Positions 1 through 11,100 of a DNA stretch of 64,000 nt are shown one piece after another (the stretch's first letter is position 1; the number at the start of each line of letters is the position of its first letter). The position numbers and the translations under genes were made by a program. The notes under the pieces were generated by a model. The model did no database searches and was not told where the DNA came from. It saw nothing but the letters and a program-made list of their open reading frames with translations. The stretch is from an uncultured Gemmatimonadales bacterium (GTDB lineage: Bacteria > Gemmatimonadota > Gemmatimonadetes > Palauibacterales > Palauibacteraceae): positions 32,001 through 96,000 of the forward strand of contig CAWANJ010000003.1 in the NCBI GenBank assembly GCA_963783385.1, read 5' to 3'.

Positions 1-372
1 GTCCAGGGACTCCGGCGCGACCTCCTCGTCTCTGCCGTCCTCGAATCGGATCGTAGCCTTCGCCGGGCGGCCGGTGCGGAGGAAGGTGGGGACCGTCGTG
101 AGGGGCACGACGCCCGTGGGCAGGACGTCCCGACCCAGGAGCGCGTTCACCACCGAGGACTTGCCGCGCTTGAACTGGCCGAGCACCACGACGCGGAGCT
201 CACCGGCCTCCAGGGGCTCGGCCGCCCGGCGGGCTTCCTCGGCCAGATCGACGAAGCCCCGCTCGCCGGCCAGCTCGGACAGCTCCTCCAGGGCCGAGCG
301 GAGCTCGTCGGCGTCGGCGGACGTGCGGACGGCGGACACGCGGTTGCGGCTCCTCGCCTGGTCGCTCGACAC
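1..372 (-). CDS. Dynamin-family (bacterial dynamin-like) GTPase, N-terminal part; runs off the window edge
   Basis: Not in the ORF track. Translating from GTG at 372 gives ...ELRVVVLGQFKRGKSSVVNALLGRDVLPTGVVPLTTVPT, i.e. the G1 P-loop plus the LPTGVVPLT G2 motif of Dynamin_N. An AGGAG SD lies 7 nt upstream. Confidence 0.85.
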   Translation of the reverse strand, partial: MSSDQARSRNRVSAVRTSADADELRSALEELSELAGERGFVDLAEEARRAAEPLEAGELRVVVLGQFKRGKSSVVNALLGRDVLPTGVVPLTTVPTFLRTGRPAKATIRFEDGRDEEVAPESLD

Positions 373-401
373 AAGAAGACTCCTGCCCGGCGGAATCTCG
401 A

Positions 402-455
402 ACAGGAGTCATCAGCCGGCCCGGCGGCCGGCACGCTCGGCGAACTCCATCGCCG
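402..455 (-). ncRNA. Fluoride riboswitch (crcB motif)
   Basis: The minus strand reads GGCGATGGAGTTCGCC-gagcgtgccggccgccgggccg-GCTGATGACTCCTG, matching the crcB consensus GGCGAUGGAGUUCGCC...GCURAUGACUCCU (P1 GGCGA/UCGCC, pseudoknot GGAGU/ACUCC). Confidence 0.9.
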
Positions 456-467
456 TTCTGCTTCGTG

Positions 468-497
468 AGTCTACGACGCCGGCTCGGAACCGGTCAA
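468..497 (-). promoter_or_regulatory. sigma70-type promoter for the riboswitch-dynamin transcript
   Basis: TTGACC (497-492), an 18-nt spacer, then TAGACT (473-468). The predicted TSS near 461 lies just 5' of the aptamer. Confidence 0.65.
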
Positions 498-634
498 GCC
501 GCGATCCGGGGCCTTCCCCGCGGATGCCTGCATGGCTCTCCGGTCGACCCGGGAGGGAGGGGCGAGGAGTTTTAGCCGGCCATCACGAGCTCCGGGTCGA
601 GGCGGCCCCCGGCCCGGAGCCCCTCTCCGGCGCG

Positions 635-1321
635 CTAGCCGACCGGAGTCCCGTGCCGGTAGACGCTCCGGGACACGACGGCCGTGTGCACGGTCAGTCC
701 GAGGTCGAAGTCGGCCGCATCTCCTCGAGCCACGGCAGCCCGCACTTCAGCTTCGGTGGTCAGGTGGTCGTTCTCCGCGCCGTGGTTCACACCCGCGGGC
801 GTGAACAGGACCTCGTGCACCTCGTGAATCACGCCCGACGCTCCGGGATTCCCCGGTGCCGCGAGCAGGTGATCGTGGCCGAGAACTCCGTCGCCGTAGA
901 CGACCGGCTCCAGCGCGTCGGCCGCTCCCGCGAAGGTACCATCGTGATCGGGGCAATTCCCGGGCACTCCCATGCAGTCCAGCGTTCCGACGGTCGCATT
1001 CGCCGGGTACTCCACGATGTAGAGCGGAACGGCGGCCCACCCGCTGGCGTGCGTCGGTAGCGGAGTGTTCTCGGGGGTCAGGATGTAGATGACTTGCCCG
1101 CTCGCGTCATCGTACGCGGGCTCGGTGGCCACTCTTCCGAACCGCCGTTCGCCGCTGGGTGGTGCGGCCGGGTCGGCCCGGAGCGTCGAGGCGCTCCGGC
1201 CGATCGCGGGCGAGGCGCTCAGGGCCGCAAGCAGGGCCGTGGGCGTGCGGTTGCATCCCGCCAGAAGGACGAGCCCGGCCAGCGAGCCGAGCGCCGCGAG
1301 CGACTGTCGTGTGACGGACAT
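635..1321 (-). CDS. Hypothetical lipoprotein with Cys/His motifs
   Basis: MSVTRQSLAALGSLAGLVLLAGC lipobox; contains DCMGVPGNCPDHD, GHDHL and HEVHEV. Confidence 0.65.
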   Translation of the reverse strand: MSVTRQSLAALGSLAGLVLLAGCNRTPTALLAALSASPAIGRSASTLRADPAAPPSGERRFGRVATEPAYDDASGQVIYILTPENTPLPTHASGWAAVPLYIVEYPANATVGTLDCMGVPGNCPDHDGTFAGAADALEPVVYGDGVLGHDHLLAAPGNPGASGVIHEVHEVLFTPAGVNHGAENDHLTTEAEVRAAVARGDAADFDLGLTVHTAVVSRSVYRHGTPVG

Positions 1322-1431
1322 GATGATCTCCTCGGGCTGGAGTGAGACAGTAGGGTCCCGATTCCTGCGTTCGGGGCCGACGCGTGGACGGGTCTCGAGC
1401 GCTCGACCAGAGAGTTTTGCGTGGATCGCGC

Positions 1432-2207
1432 TCAGCCGCTGGCGCGACCCTCGTCCAGGGGGAACTGCGGTTCGTGCTTCCGGCCTCTTTGGAACCAGGA
1501 GAACAGACCCACGCGGTTCCGATACCGCCGGTAGGCGTCGCCGTGCTCGCGGACCAGGTCCCGCTCCTCGAGCTGGATCGCCAGCAGCATCCACCCGGTC
1601 GTCAACACGGCGAAAAGCAGGTGTCCGGCGCTGATTTCGGGGGTGGCCCAGAAGGCGAGAATGAACCCCAGGTAGAGGGGGTGGCGAACGTAGCGATACA
1701 GGAGCGGCGTCTGAAACCGCGGCGACTCGCGTTCCCGGCCCCGAAGAAATGGGACCACACCTGCCGCAACCCGAACAGGTGAAAGTGGTCAATGAGGAAA
1801 GTCGACAGGAGGACCGTCAGCCAGCCGACCGCGGGGATGGCGAACAGGAACGCCGAGAATCGTGGATCGACGACGCGCCATACGGTCGCCGGAAGCGGCT
1901 TCCAGCCCCCACATGACCGCGGCGAGGAGCAGCGTCGCCACCAGCACGTAGGTGCTCCGTTCCACGTGCCACGGGACGAGCTTCGTCCAGCGGCGCTTGA
2001 AGCCGCGGCGCGCCATGCCACTGTGCTGTAGCGCGAACAGGCCGAGCAGGGCCAGGTCCGCCCCGGCGGCCCCGGAAGCGGCGAGAGCCCGGCGTCCAGG
2101 GTCTTGGGCACGACCACGTTCCAGACGAAGCCGATGGCGTACAGGAACACGCCCAGGAAGAGGACGTAGGCCAGCACGCCGTAGATGAAGGCGAACGTTT
2201 TGCGCAT
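1432..2207 (-). CDS. mddA: Methanethiol S-methyltransferase (MddA; ICMT/PEMT family), split by frameshifts
   Basis: Fragments in three frames: FIYGVLAYVLFLGVFLYAIGF, LFALQHSGMARRGFKRRWT..VERSTYVL, FLIDHFHLFGLRQ, LYRYVRHPLYLGFILAFWATP...LEERDL. Confidence 0.8.
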
Positions 2208-2274
2208 GGGAGCCCTCCGGCAGTTGAAGCCTCGAAGTCGCCGGTAAGGTCTCGATCGGGGACGGCGTCGGCAT

Positions 2275-2331
2275 GAGTCGCGGGTCCCACGTTACGGGAC
2301 CCGGGGACGCCGACCGTGGGACCGGGGTCCC
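2275..2331. promoter_or_regulatory. Tandem GGGAC-n4-GTCCC-like boxes upstream of mddA (candidate LuxR/NarL sites)
   Basis: Perfect GGGACCGGGGTCCC at 2318-2331, with degenerate copies at about 2296 and 2275 (21-22 bp period). Confidence 0.45.
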
Positions 2332-2334
2332 GGA

Positions 2335-3612
2335 TCAGGCCTCGTGCGCCCGTCCTGGCGGACCGGCGGAGCGCCCCAGACCGGCTTCCCTGGCAAGGAT
2401 GACGGCCCTGGTACGGGTGTCGACGCCCAGCTTGGAGAAGATCCGGGTTACGTGGTTCTTCACCGTCTTCGTCTTAATGCCGAGGCCCTGCGCGATCTGG
2501 GGATTCGTCCACCCCGCTGCGACCAGGTCCAGGACTTCCGACTCCCGGGGCGTCCAGGTTCTCGAAGGGCGGAGCATCGAGGGTCGCGTCCATCCCGTCC
2601 ACTCCCAGGAAGGACTGCACCTCTTCCAGGAATCGCTGCCAGGCCGGCTCGTCCTCGAGCAGCACGTGGTTCGCGCTGTCCAGCGCCACGAATCGGGCGT
2701 CCCCGAGGGCGGCAGCCAGGTCGCGCCCGGCCTCGAACGGAATCACTTCGTCGCGGCGGCTACGAGAACGAGAACGGGCAGCGGATCTGCTGACGGGGGT
2801 GCACGTCGATGTCGCCGCACGACTCCTCCAGCCGAACCGCGATGTGGGGCGACGTGGTCCGCCGCTGGAAGCGTCCAAACCATTGGACCTGCTCCAACGA
2901 GCCGCCCGGAATGACATCGAGGTGAACACCTGGCGGAAGGCAGGGTTCGCCCGACCCCACCCGTCCGCCATGAGCCTCATGAGCGCTTCTTCGCGACGCC
3001 GGAAGTCGGCCGTGCCGCGGTGCTTCCAGCCGACCATGTAGCTGCCGTACAGCACCAGGCGCGTGACCCCTCCGGGTGGCGCGCGGCGTACGCGAGGGCG
3101 ACCGGTCCACCCTGCGACATGCCGAACAGCGTGAATCGCTCCAGGTCGGCAGCCTCCACGACGGCCTCGAGATCCTCCACCCACGTCCCGAACGAGAGGT
3201 CCTCGACCTCGCGGTCGGAGAGTCCGCAGCCTCGCTCGTCGTAGCGCAACAGGGGTGATGGCGCGACAGTCCGTCGAGCCAGTGCCTCCATACCGGGGCT
3301 CTGTCCATCGAACTCGAGGTGGGTCAGCCAGTTCGCCGTCTTCACCAGGGGAGGCCCGGACCCGGAGAGGGCGTAGGCAATGAGGGTCCCGTCGCGTGAA
3401 CGGGCGAAACGGGTGGACGATCTCACAGGAACGTGGGTCTCGGGACGGGCGCCGGCCGCGGCGTCGTCGTGGCCCGCCGATCGATGGAGCGGAGCGGGTT
3501 TCCGAATCTGCGGGATCCGGTCATGGGGTGAAGCTGGGCCCGGGGCTGTGTCCGGGTCAACCGCTGAATCCTGCCGGCCCTGACCTGGATCCCCCGCAAA
3601 GGTCCATCGCAC
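2335..3612 (-). CDS. Alpha/beta-hydrolase-fold plus LuxR HTH transcriptional regulator (frameshifted; start uncertain)
   Basis: PPLVKTANWLTHLE, YDERGCGLSD, LFGMSQGG, SANHVLLEDEPAW, then TPRESEVLDLVAAGWTNPQIAQGLGIKTKTVKNHVTRIFSKLGV. Confidence 0.85.
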
Positions 3613-3654
3613 GACGGCTGGCGGGCTGAGGGGCCGACTGGTGGTCGGTTCTCC

Positions 3655-5036
3655 TCACCTTGCCGGAGCGATGTTCTGGTTCAGGTGGAACAGGTTGTCG
3701 GGGTCCCATTCGGCCTTGACCCGGGCCAGGCGGTCGTAGGTCGCGCCGTAGTTCTCCCGGACCCGTGCCTGGTCCTCGACGTCCATGAAGTTGGTGTAGC
3801 CGCCCTCCAGGCCGGAATACGGGTGGATGGCGTCGTAGTAGTCCCGGACCCAGCTCCGGTAGGCGTCGGTGTCGGCGGGGTCCTGCCAGAAGCCGACAAT
3901 GTTGACCGCGAACTCGGCGTCCCTGACCCGAACGCCGTCTCCTCGGGCCCCACGTCCCGCACGGCCCCGCCGAGCGGATAAATGTGCGCGGCCGAGTGGA
4001 CGTTGGGCACCAGGGCGCCGTGCTCGAGGTGCGCGGGGATGGCGTCGTCGGCCACGTCGAGCGCGAAGTCCGACTTCCAGTAGGAGTACATTCCGGGAGG
4101 CAACAGCGCGTCGAAGGCGCCCTGGAGGGCCGGGTACGGCATGGGGCCGACGTGCTGCCCGATCACCGGACCCGCGGTCTGCAGGGGCTCGAGCACCGCC
4201 TCCGCCTGATCCGGGTCGCCGCTCCAGCAGGTGACCAGCAGGCACACGTTGTCGCCGTGGCGCTCCTCCGGGATGAAGGGGAGGGGCGGCGCCCGGTGGA
4301 AGCCGAAGAACGCGCCCAGCTCCCGGGGGGCCTCGCGCAGGTAGTCGCGCCAGGTGCGCAGGACGTCCGCGGCGGCGTCGAGCTCGAACACGATCGGCCC
4401 GCCCACAATGTCCTTCACGGGATGGAGCCGGAACTCGAAGGAGGTCACCACCCCGAAATTGCCGCCGCCTCCCCGCAGCGCCCAGAACAGCTCCGGGTTC
4501 TCGTCCCGGCTGGCCGTCACACGGCGCCCATCCGCCGTGATGACGTCCGCCGACACGAGGGAGTCGCAGGTGAGGCCGAAGCTCCGGTTCAGGTAGCCGA
4601 TGCCGCCGCCCAGGGTGAGTCCGCCCACGCCCGTCGTGGACACGAAGCCCGCCGGGACGGCCAGGCCGTAGGCGTGGGTGGCGTGGTCGAGCTCCCCGAG
4701 CTTGGCGCCGCCGCCCACGCGGGCCGTCCGGGCCTGCGGGTCGACCCGGACGTTCCGTATGGCCCGGAGGTCCAGGACCACGCCGCCGTCGCAGGTCCCG
4801 TAGCCGGGGGCGCTGTGGCTGCCTCCGCGCACCGCCAGCTCCAGGTCGGCCTCGCGGGCGAAGTTCACGGTCGCCATGACGTCGGCCTCGTCCAGGGCCT
4901 GGACGATGACGCGCGGGTGCCGGTCGTGCATGGCGTTGTACACGGCGCGTGCCTGGTCGTAGCCGTCGTCCTCGGCGGTGATGACCGGGCCGCGGACCCG
5001 CTGGCGGAGATCTTCCGGGGTGGATGCAGCTGACAT
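3655..5036 (-). CDS. FAD-linked oxidoreductase (BBE/VAO family), frameshift near 3930
   Basis: AVRGGSHS covalent-FAD His motif, LFWALRGGGGNFGVVTSF, and C-terminal YDRLARVKAEWDPDNLFHLNQNI. Confidence 0.9.
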
Positions 5037-5321
5037 GGTGTTACCACTCCTGCCTGTGCCGGGATTGGTCAACGGCGGGGACGTCCGGCTACCTCACCCG
5101 CCGGGGAATCCGCAGGTGGTGCGGCGAGTCGGGGACTCTCAGAGCGGCAGCGGTGGACACTGGGAGAGACCGGGCCAGGGCCGCAATCGCATATTCATGC
5201 TACGGGCCGCCACGCGCCGCCGCCGGAGGGAGCACATCCGCTCGCGGGTCCGGGGCTACGACTCAATCTCATCCCGACCCCTCGAATGAGGAAGGCCCGG
5301 GGGTGCCCGGAGGACGCGCTC

Positions 5322-5678
5322 TCAGGCTCGCCGCACCGCCGCCGCGCCGCCGAGACCGCCTGCCACGGCCGACGCCAGGGTGCCGAACAGGACGATCATC
5401 GACGGGACGTCCCCCAGGCCGACGGATAGGGCAATGCCTACGAGAGCGCACCCCCCACCCGCCACGAGCCCGCCCAGGAAGCCGATCCCGCGGCCCGGCC
5501 CCCTCGTCAGGCTGCGGGCGAACACCACGCCCGCCACCAGGGAGATGAGGGTGCCGAGGAGGCCGAAGCGCGCCGCCACGGCCGGCACGTAGTGGCCCGT
5601 TACGACCATGGCCACCTGCAGCAAGCTGCCCAGAAGCGCGATCCACAACGAGCGTCGGAGCCACACAGCTCGATCCAT
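5322..5678 (-). CDS. Small hypothetical membrane protein (about 4 TM)
   Basis: 118 aa with Gly/Leu/Val-rich hydrophobic segments and a GGAGG SD upstream. Confidence 0.6.
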   Translation of the reverse strand: MDRAVWLRRSLWIALLGSLLQVAMVVTGHYVPAVAARFGLLGTLISLVAGVVFARSLTRGPGRGIGFLGGLVAGGGCALVGIALSVGLGDVPSMIVLFGTLASAVAGGLGGAAAVRRA

Positions 5679-5730
5679 GGGGGCCTCCAGCGAGTTGGGG
5701 ATGAGTCGTGAAGCCGCGGCCGCTGTCGGC

Positions 5731-6399
5731 CTATCGGTGCGCCGGAACGACCAGGATCTTCCGGGCCGCAGGTAGGCCCAGGGCGACCACGTCCCCCTCG
5801 GATCCGCGCACCCGCAACGCTCCGGCCGCGGACTCCCGTTCCAGCACCGTCAGGGTGGCGCCGGGGGTGAGGCCATGCCGGTCGGCGAATCGCAAGAATT
5901 CGGGCGTCTGGTCGATGACGCGAGCGACGTGGACCGGCTCGCCCAGCGCGCACTCGTCGAGCCCGGTTCCGGGAGGTTCGTGGACGTGACCCTTGTGGCT
6001 GGGGATCGGGTCCCCGTGGGGGTCGACTTCCGGGTGGCCCAGGACCGCGTCGATGCGCTCGAGAACCTGGTCGGAGATCGAGTGCTCCAACGTGTCGGCC
6101 TCTTCGTGCACCACGGACCAATCCAGTCCGAGCATCTCGACCAGGAACAGCTCCACCAGCCAATGGCGTCGCAACACGTGCACGGCCAGCTGCTCCCCTT
6201 GCTCGGTGAGCCTGGCACCTTTGCGGGGCTCGTACTCCACGAGACCCGAATCGGCCAGGGCTTTCATCATCGAGGTGGCCGTGCCCGGAACGACCCCCAT
6301 GGCCGTGGCGAGCTGGCCGGTGGGCATGGGCGCGCCGTCGCTCTCGCCGTGCGCCAGATAGAGCTGCTTCAGGTAGTCCTCGACGGTGCTGGTCGGCAT
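5731..6399 (-). CDS. mntR: DtxR/MntR-family metal-dependent regulator with C-terminal FeoA domain
   Basis: STVEDYLKQLY, LRRHWLVELFL, VHEEADTLEHSIS, HPEVDPHGDPIP; divergent from mntH. Confidence 0.9.
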   Translation of the reverse strand: MPTSTVEDYLKQLYLAHGESDGAPMPTGQLATAMGVVPGTATSMMKALADSGLVEYEPRKGARLTEQGEQLAVHVLRRHWLVELFLVEMLGLDWSVVHEEADTLEHSISDQVLERIDAVLGHPEVDPHGDPIPSHKGHVHEPPGTGLDECALGEPVHVARVIDQTPEFLRFADRHGLTPGATLTVLERESAAGALRVRGSEGDVVALGLPAARKILVVPAHR

Positions 6400-6430
6400 C
6401 TCCCCCTCTCCGGCCGATTCGTGCTCCCGA

Positions 6431-6459
6431 ATCGTATCCGTCGCCCGCGAGCTTGACAA
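6431..6459 (-). promoter_or_regulatory. Candidate sigma70 promoter of mntR (overlaps a TTGACA on the + strand)
   Basis: Minus strand TTGTCA-17 nt-TACGAT; plus strand TTGACA at 6453-6458. Confidence 0.45.
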
Positions 6460-6632
6460 TCCTTCGACGAGCCGCGAGAGTCGAGTGCGATCCATATTCG
6501 TTGTCTAGTTGGACCACTCAAAGAGCGGGGGCATGACCTGACCGTGCGTACCGTCGCGACTGTGTCTGCTGCCCTGGCTGCCGAGCCAGGGCCAGCCCGG
6601 AGAGATGTCCCGGTGCCACGGACACGGACGCC

Positions 6633-8000
6633 GTGAGCAAGGAGCGCGTCTCCCTGGAGGGGATGCACCACACGGTCCCGGTACCCGAACGGTCCGCCGG
6701 CTTCTGGAGGAACTGGCGGGCCTACGTGGGCCCGGCGATGCTGGTGAGCGTCGGGTACATGGACCCCGGCAACTGGGGAACGGACCTGGCCGCCGGGGCC
6801 GAGTATAGGTACGCCCTCCTCTGGGTGGTGCTGCTCGCGAGCCTCATGGCCATCGTGCTGCAGGTGCTGTCGGCGCGCCTGGGCGTCGCCACGGGAAAGG
6901 ACCTGGCCAGGGCGTGCCGCGACTGGTATCCGGCGTGGACGCGCTGGCCCAACTGGATCTTGTGCGAGCTGGCGATCGCGGCCACGGATCTCGCGGAGGT
7001 CCTCGGCAGCGCTGTGGCGCTGAATCTCCTCTTTCACATCCCGCTCTTCTGGGCCGTTTGCATCACGGCGGCCGACGTGCTGCTGCTCCTCGCCCTGCAG
7101 CGCTTCGGGGTGAGGACTGTCGAGGCGGTGGTCGTGGTCCTGATCGCGACGATCGCGGTGTGCTACTTCATCGAGATCTTCGTCCTGCCGCAGACGACGC
7201 CCAGCTTCCGGGAGATGGGCGAGGCGATCCTGACGCCCGGTCTTCGGCAGGCCGGCATGGCCTTCATCGCGATCGGGATCATCGGCGCCACGGTGATGCC
7301 CCACAACCTGTACCTCCATTCGGCCCTGGTGCAGAGCCGCAAGATCCCGGCGGAGCCCGAGGGCGTGAAGACGGCCATCCGGTACAACACGATCGACTCG
7401 ACCGTGGCCCTTTCCCTGGCTTTTCTGGTGAACGCGGCGATCCTCGTGCTGGCGGCCCAGGTCTTCTTCGGGCGGCAATCCGTGGCCGTCGCCGGTGGAT
7501 CCGTCGTGCACTTCGGGCCCGACGCGGACTGGATCCAGGTGGCCTTCCTCACGCTGGCGCCACTCCTCGGAACGGCGGCGGCCAGCATCCTGTTCGCGGT
7601 CGCGCTACTGGCCAGCGGTCAGAGCAGCACGATCACGGGCACCCTGGCCGGTCAGGTGGTCATGGAGGGCTTCATGCGCTGGCGCATCTCGCCATGGGTT
7701 CGGCGGCTCAGCACGCGCTTGCTGGCCATCATTCCGGCCGTTGTCATCATCGGCACCCGGGGATCGGGAAGCGTCAACGACCTCCTGATCCTGAGCCAGG
7801 TCGTGCTCTCGCTGCAGCTGCCCTTCGCAATGTTCCCGCTGCTCCAGTTCACGAGCTCGAAGAAGCGGATGGGACGGTGGCGCAGCGGCTGGTTCCTCCT
7901 GGCCACGGGCTGGACCAGCGCGCTGCTCATCACCGCGATGGACATCTACGGGCTGCCCGAGTCGCTCCGCGCGGTGTGGCACATCGTGGCGGGCGGGTGA
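6633..8000 (+). CDS. mntH: Nramp-family Mn2+ transporter
   Basis: YMDPGNW, ATVMPHNLYLHS and GQSSTITGTLAGQVVMEGF signatures. Confidence 0.95.
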   Translation: MSKERVSLEGMHHTVPVPERSAGFWRNWRAYVGPAMLVSVGYMDPGNWGTDLAAGAEYRYALLWVVLLASLMAIVLQVLSARLGVATGKDLARACRDWYPAWTRWPNWILCELAIAATDLAEVLGSAVALNLLFHIPLFWAVCITAADVLLLLALQRFGVRTVEAVVVVLIATIAVCYFIEIFVLPQTTPSFREMGEAILTPGLRQAGMAFIAIGIIGATVMPHNLYLHSALVQSRKIPAEPEGVKTAIRYNTIDSTVALSLAFLVNAAILVLAAQVFFGRQSVAVAGGSVVHFGPDADWIQVAFLTLAPLLGTAAASILFAVALLASGQSSTITGTLAGQVVMEGFMRWRISPWVRRLSTRLLAIIPAVVIIGTRGSGSVNDLLILSQVVLSLQLPFAMFPLLQFTSSKKRMGRWRSGWFLLATGWTSALLITAMDIYGLPESLRAVWHIVAGG

Positions 8001-8142
8001 GCGCGGGCGGCGCCAGCGGAAGCGAGGGCGAGAGCATCGCGAACGGAAGCTGGGTCAGAGTGGTTCGCGTCAACCGACGTCCCCGCGGGGACGTGCCCGC
8101 GGGGACCTCCACCTTCGGGCGGCTCGCGCCGGCCCCTTCGCC

Positions 8143-11100
8143 TCAGTTTCCTCCGGCCCGGCTCTCCAGCGCCTTCCAGCGCGCCATGACCTGGCCGAAC
8201 TGCGTCCGGGCCGAATCGCAGGCGGCCACCTCCGCCGCCGTGGCGGGCGTCTCCGCGCGCTGCATGGCCATGGCGGCGCGGAGCAGCGCGGTGCTGGTCC
8301 CGTCCAGCGTGGGCGGGCCCGCGGGTCCGCGCCGGAAGAAGAAGCGGCGCCCGTCCTGCTGAGGCGCGGGGGCCAGCGCCTCGAGCTCCTTGGCCAGGGA
8401 CGCTGCTCCCGACCCGCTTCGCCCCTTCACGCTCGCCAGGAGCTTCCTGGCGTCCTGGTAGGCGGCGTGCGCGGCGACCGCGTCGTCGTACATCTCCCGT
8501 GAGAGCCTCGCGACCTGCTCGAGCTCGGCCGGCGACGTCTTCACCCTGGGATCGAGCCGCAGGGTCAGCGGCTGGGTGTACGTGTGCCCGTCCACTGTGA
8601 GGCGCACCGTGTACTGCCCGGGCGGCGCCCAGGGCGTGTTGACCGTCGGATAGGTGTGGTGGGGGACGGCGCCCTGGCCCGATGCCTCGCGCGGCTCCGG
8701 GCCGATCGGCTGGAGGTGGAGGTCCCAGGAGAAGCGGTGCATGCCCTTCCTCGTGGACAGCACCCTCTGGGGCGCCGGCCAGTACAACGGCACGTTGCAG
8801 TTCGGCGCCGTCGGGTCCTTCTGGCAGATCTCGTCGTAGGCCTCGGTATGCAGCGCCGGGTCGGGGGAGATCACCGGGTCGTCGCTCGAGTAGGAGCGGA
8901 TGACGTCTCCGGCGGCGTCCAGGACCTCCAGCTTCACCGGTCCCGTGGCGTCCTTCGGCAGCCAGTAGTCAATGAGGCCGCCCGGGGGCGGGTTCTGTCC
9001 GGCGGGCAGCTCCGGCGGCCACTCCGTCGGATCGTTCATCCCGAACCGGACGCGGACCGCCGTCTCGGGACGGAACAGGTAGGCGTCGACCGCGGTCCGC
9101 GCCTCCGCCATCTGCCGCAGCGGCGTGACGTCGTCCAGGACCCAGAAACCGCGCCCGTGTGTGCCGGCCACCAGGTCCGAGCACAGGCAGGTCGAGTCGT
9201 CCTTGACCTGGATGTCGCGCACGGAGACGGCGGGCATGTTCTGGCGGAGCGAGTGCCAGCGGTCCCCGTCGTCAAAGGACACCCACACCTGGGTCTCCGT
9301 GGCGGCGTAGAGGAGTCCCTTCTCCCGGGGGTCCTCCCGGATCGAGTTGGCCACGGCGCCCGGCGCCAGGCCGCCGTCGATCTCCGTCCAGGTCTTGCCG
9401 CCGTCGTGCGTGCGCCAGAAGTGCGGGTTCATGTCATCGATCCGCATCGTGTTGGCGGCCGCGTAGGCGGTCAGCGTGTCGAAGTGGCCCGCCTCGATGT
9501 TGAAGATGCGGGTCCACGGGTCCGGATGGCCGGCGGGGTGACGTTCTTCCAGTGCGCGCCCGCCGTCCATGGTGACCTGGATGGCCCCGTCGTCGGTACC
9601 GGCCCATAGCACGTTCACGTCCAGCGAAGAGGGCGACAGCGCGGTGATCGTCCCCTGCGGCCCCGGCTTTACGCTCGCTGCGTATTTGCCTGCGGTGGCG
9701 GGTACCTTCCACGTCTTCCGGGCCAGATCGGGGCTGATCCTCGTCCACGAGTGTCCGCGGTCGGTCGTCTTCCACACCACGTTGGAGGTGTAGAACAGGA
9801 GATCCGGGTCGACCGGCGACCACTGCAGCGGCATGGTGCGCACGTCGCGGTTGTAGGGTCCGCCGCGCGGACCCATGTCCGGGCCGACATCCGTGGTCTG
9901 CCCGGTCCGCCGGTCGTATAGCGAGACGGTGGTGCGGGAGCTCCCGTACACCATGTCGGGGTCGCGGGGGTCGGGGGCGGCGATCCCGTACTCCTGGATG
10001 TTGACCGGGTGCCAGTCGTGGAAGGTGATCTCGCCGTCGTTCCCGCGGCTCTTGACACACGCCGAGCCCGAGTCCTGCTGGCCGCCGCACAACCGGTAGG
10101 GGAAGGCGTCGTCCGCGGTCACGTGGTACATGGCCGCCGTGGGCTGGTTGTACCAGTTGCTCCAGGACTCGCCACGGTTGGTGGAGACCACCGCGCCCTG
10201 GTCCGAGACCGCGAGGATCGTGTTCCGGTCGTGCGGGTCGATCCAGATCTTCTGGTAGTCGTCCCCGCCGTATGCGCCCCGCACGGCCGACCAGTGGACG
10301 CCGCTGTCCTCGGTGCGCCACATGACCACGCTGGCGCTGTACACCACGTTCGGGTCGGTGGGGTCGACGGCCAGGGTCGGGAGGTCTCCGCCTCCGATGC
10401 GTCGGAGCGGACGCGTGTCCACGTGAGACGTGGCCGGGCCCACCGGCCCCTCGGGCACGTCCACGGCGGTCCAGTGCTCGCCCGCGTCGGTGGACTTGTA
10501 GAGTCCCACGATCCCGGTCGTGCTCTCGGTCCCGCCGCGCGCCGCCTGGGCCGCGGGCGTGCCCGCCCGGGGCTCGCCGGCCACCACGGCGTACAGGACC
10601 TTCGGGTCGCCGGGCGCCACCGCCAGGTTGGCCTCGATCACCTTCGGGAGGCCGTTGGTGAGCGCGTGCCAGGTCGTGCCACCGTCGGTGGACTTGAAGA
10701 CGCGCTCGCCGGCTCCTGCGAACGCATAGCTCTCCCGGAAGCTCTCCTGCTGCTGCCACAGGGCGGCGTACACGATCTGCGGGTTCGATGGGTCGAGCAT
10801 CACGTCGTTGCCGCTCGTGTACTCGTCCCGGTACAGCACCTTCTGGAAGGTCTTCCCGCCGTCGGTGGAGCGGAAGATCCCGCGCTGCTCGTTGGGACCG
10901 TACGGGTGTCCGAGCACGGCCACGAACAGCCGGTCGGGGTTGGTGGGGTCGACCACGATGTCCGCGATCATCTGGCTGTCGCGGAGCCCCAGGTGCGTCC
11001 AGGTCTTCCCGGCGTCGGTCGACTTGTAGACCCCGTCTCCCGTGGACAGGTCGGGGCGGATGATGCCCGGCCCCCGTGCCCACGTAGATGATTCTCGGGT

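Noticed and set aside
6460-6632. Possible yybP-ykoY Mn riboswitch or clear MntR operator before mntH
   Set aside because: No consensus match; only weak imperfect palindromes.
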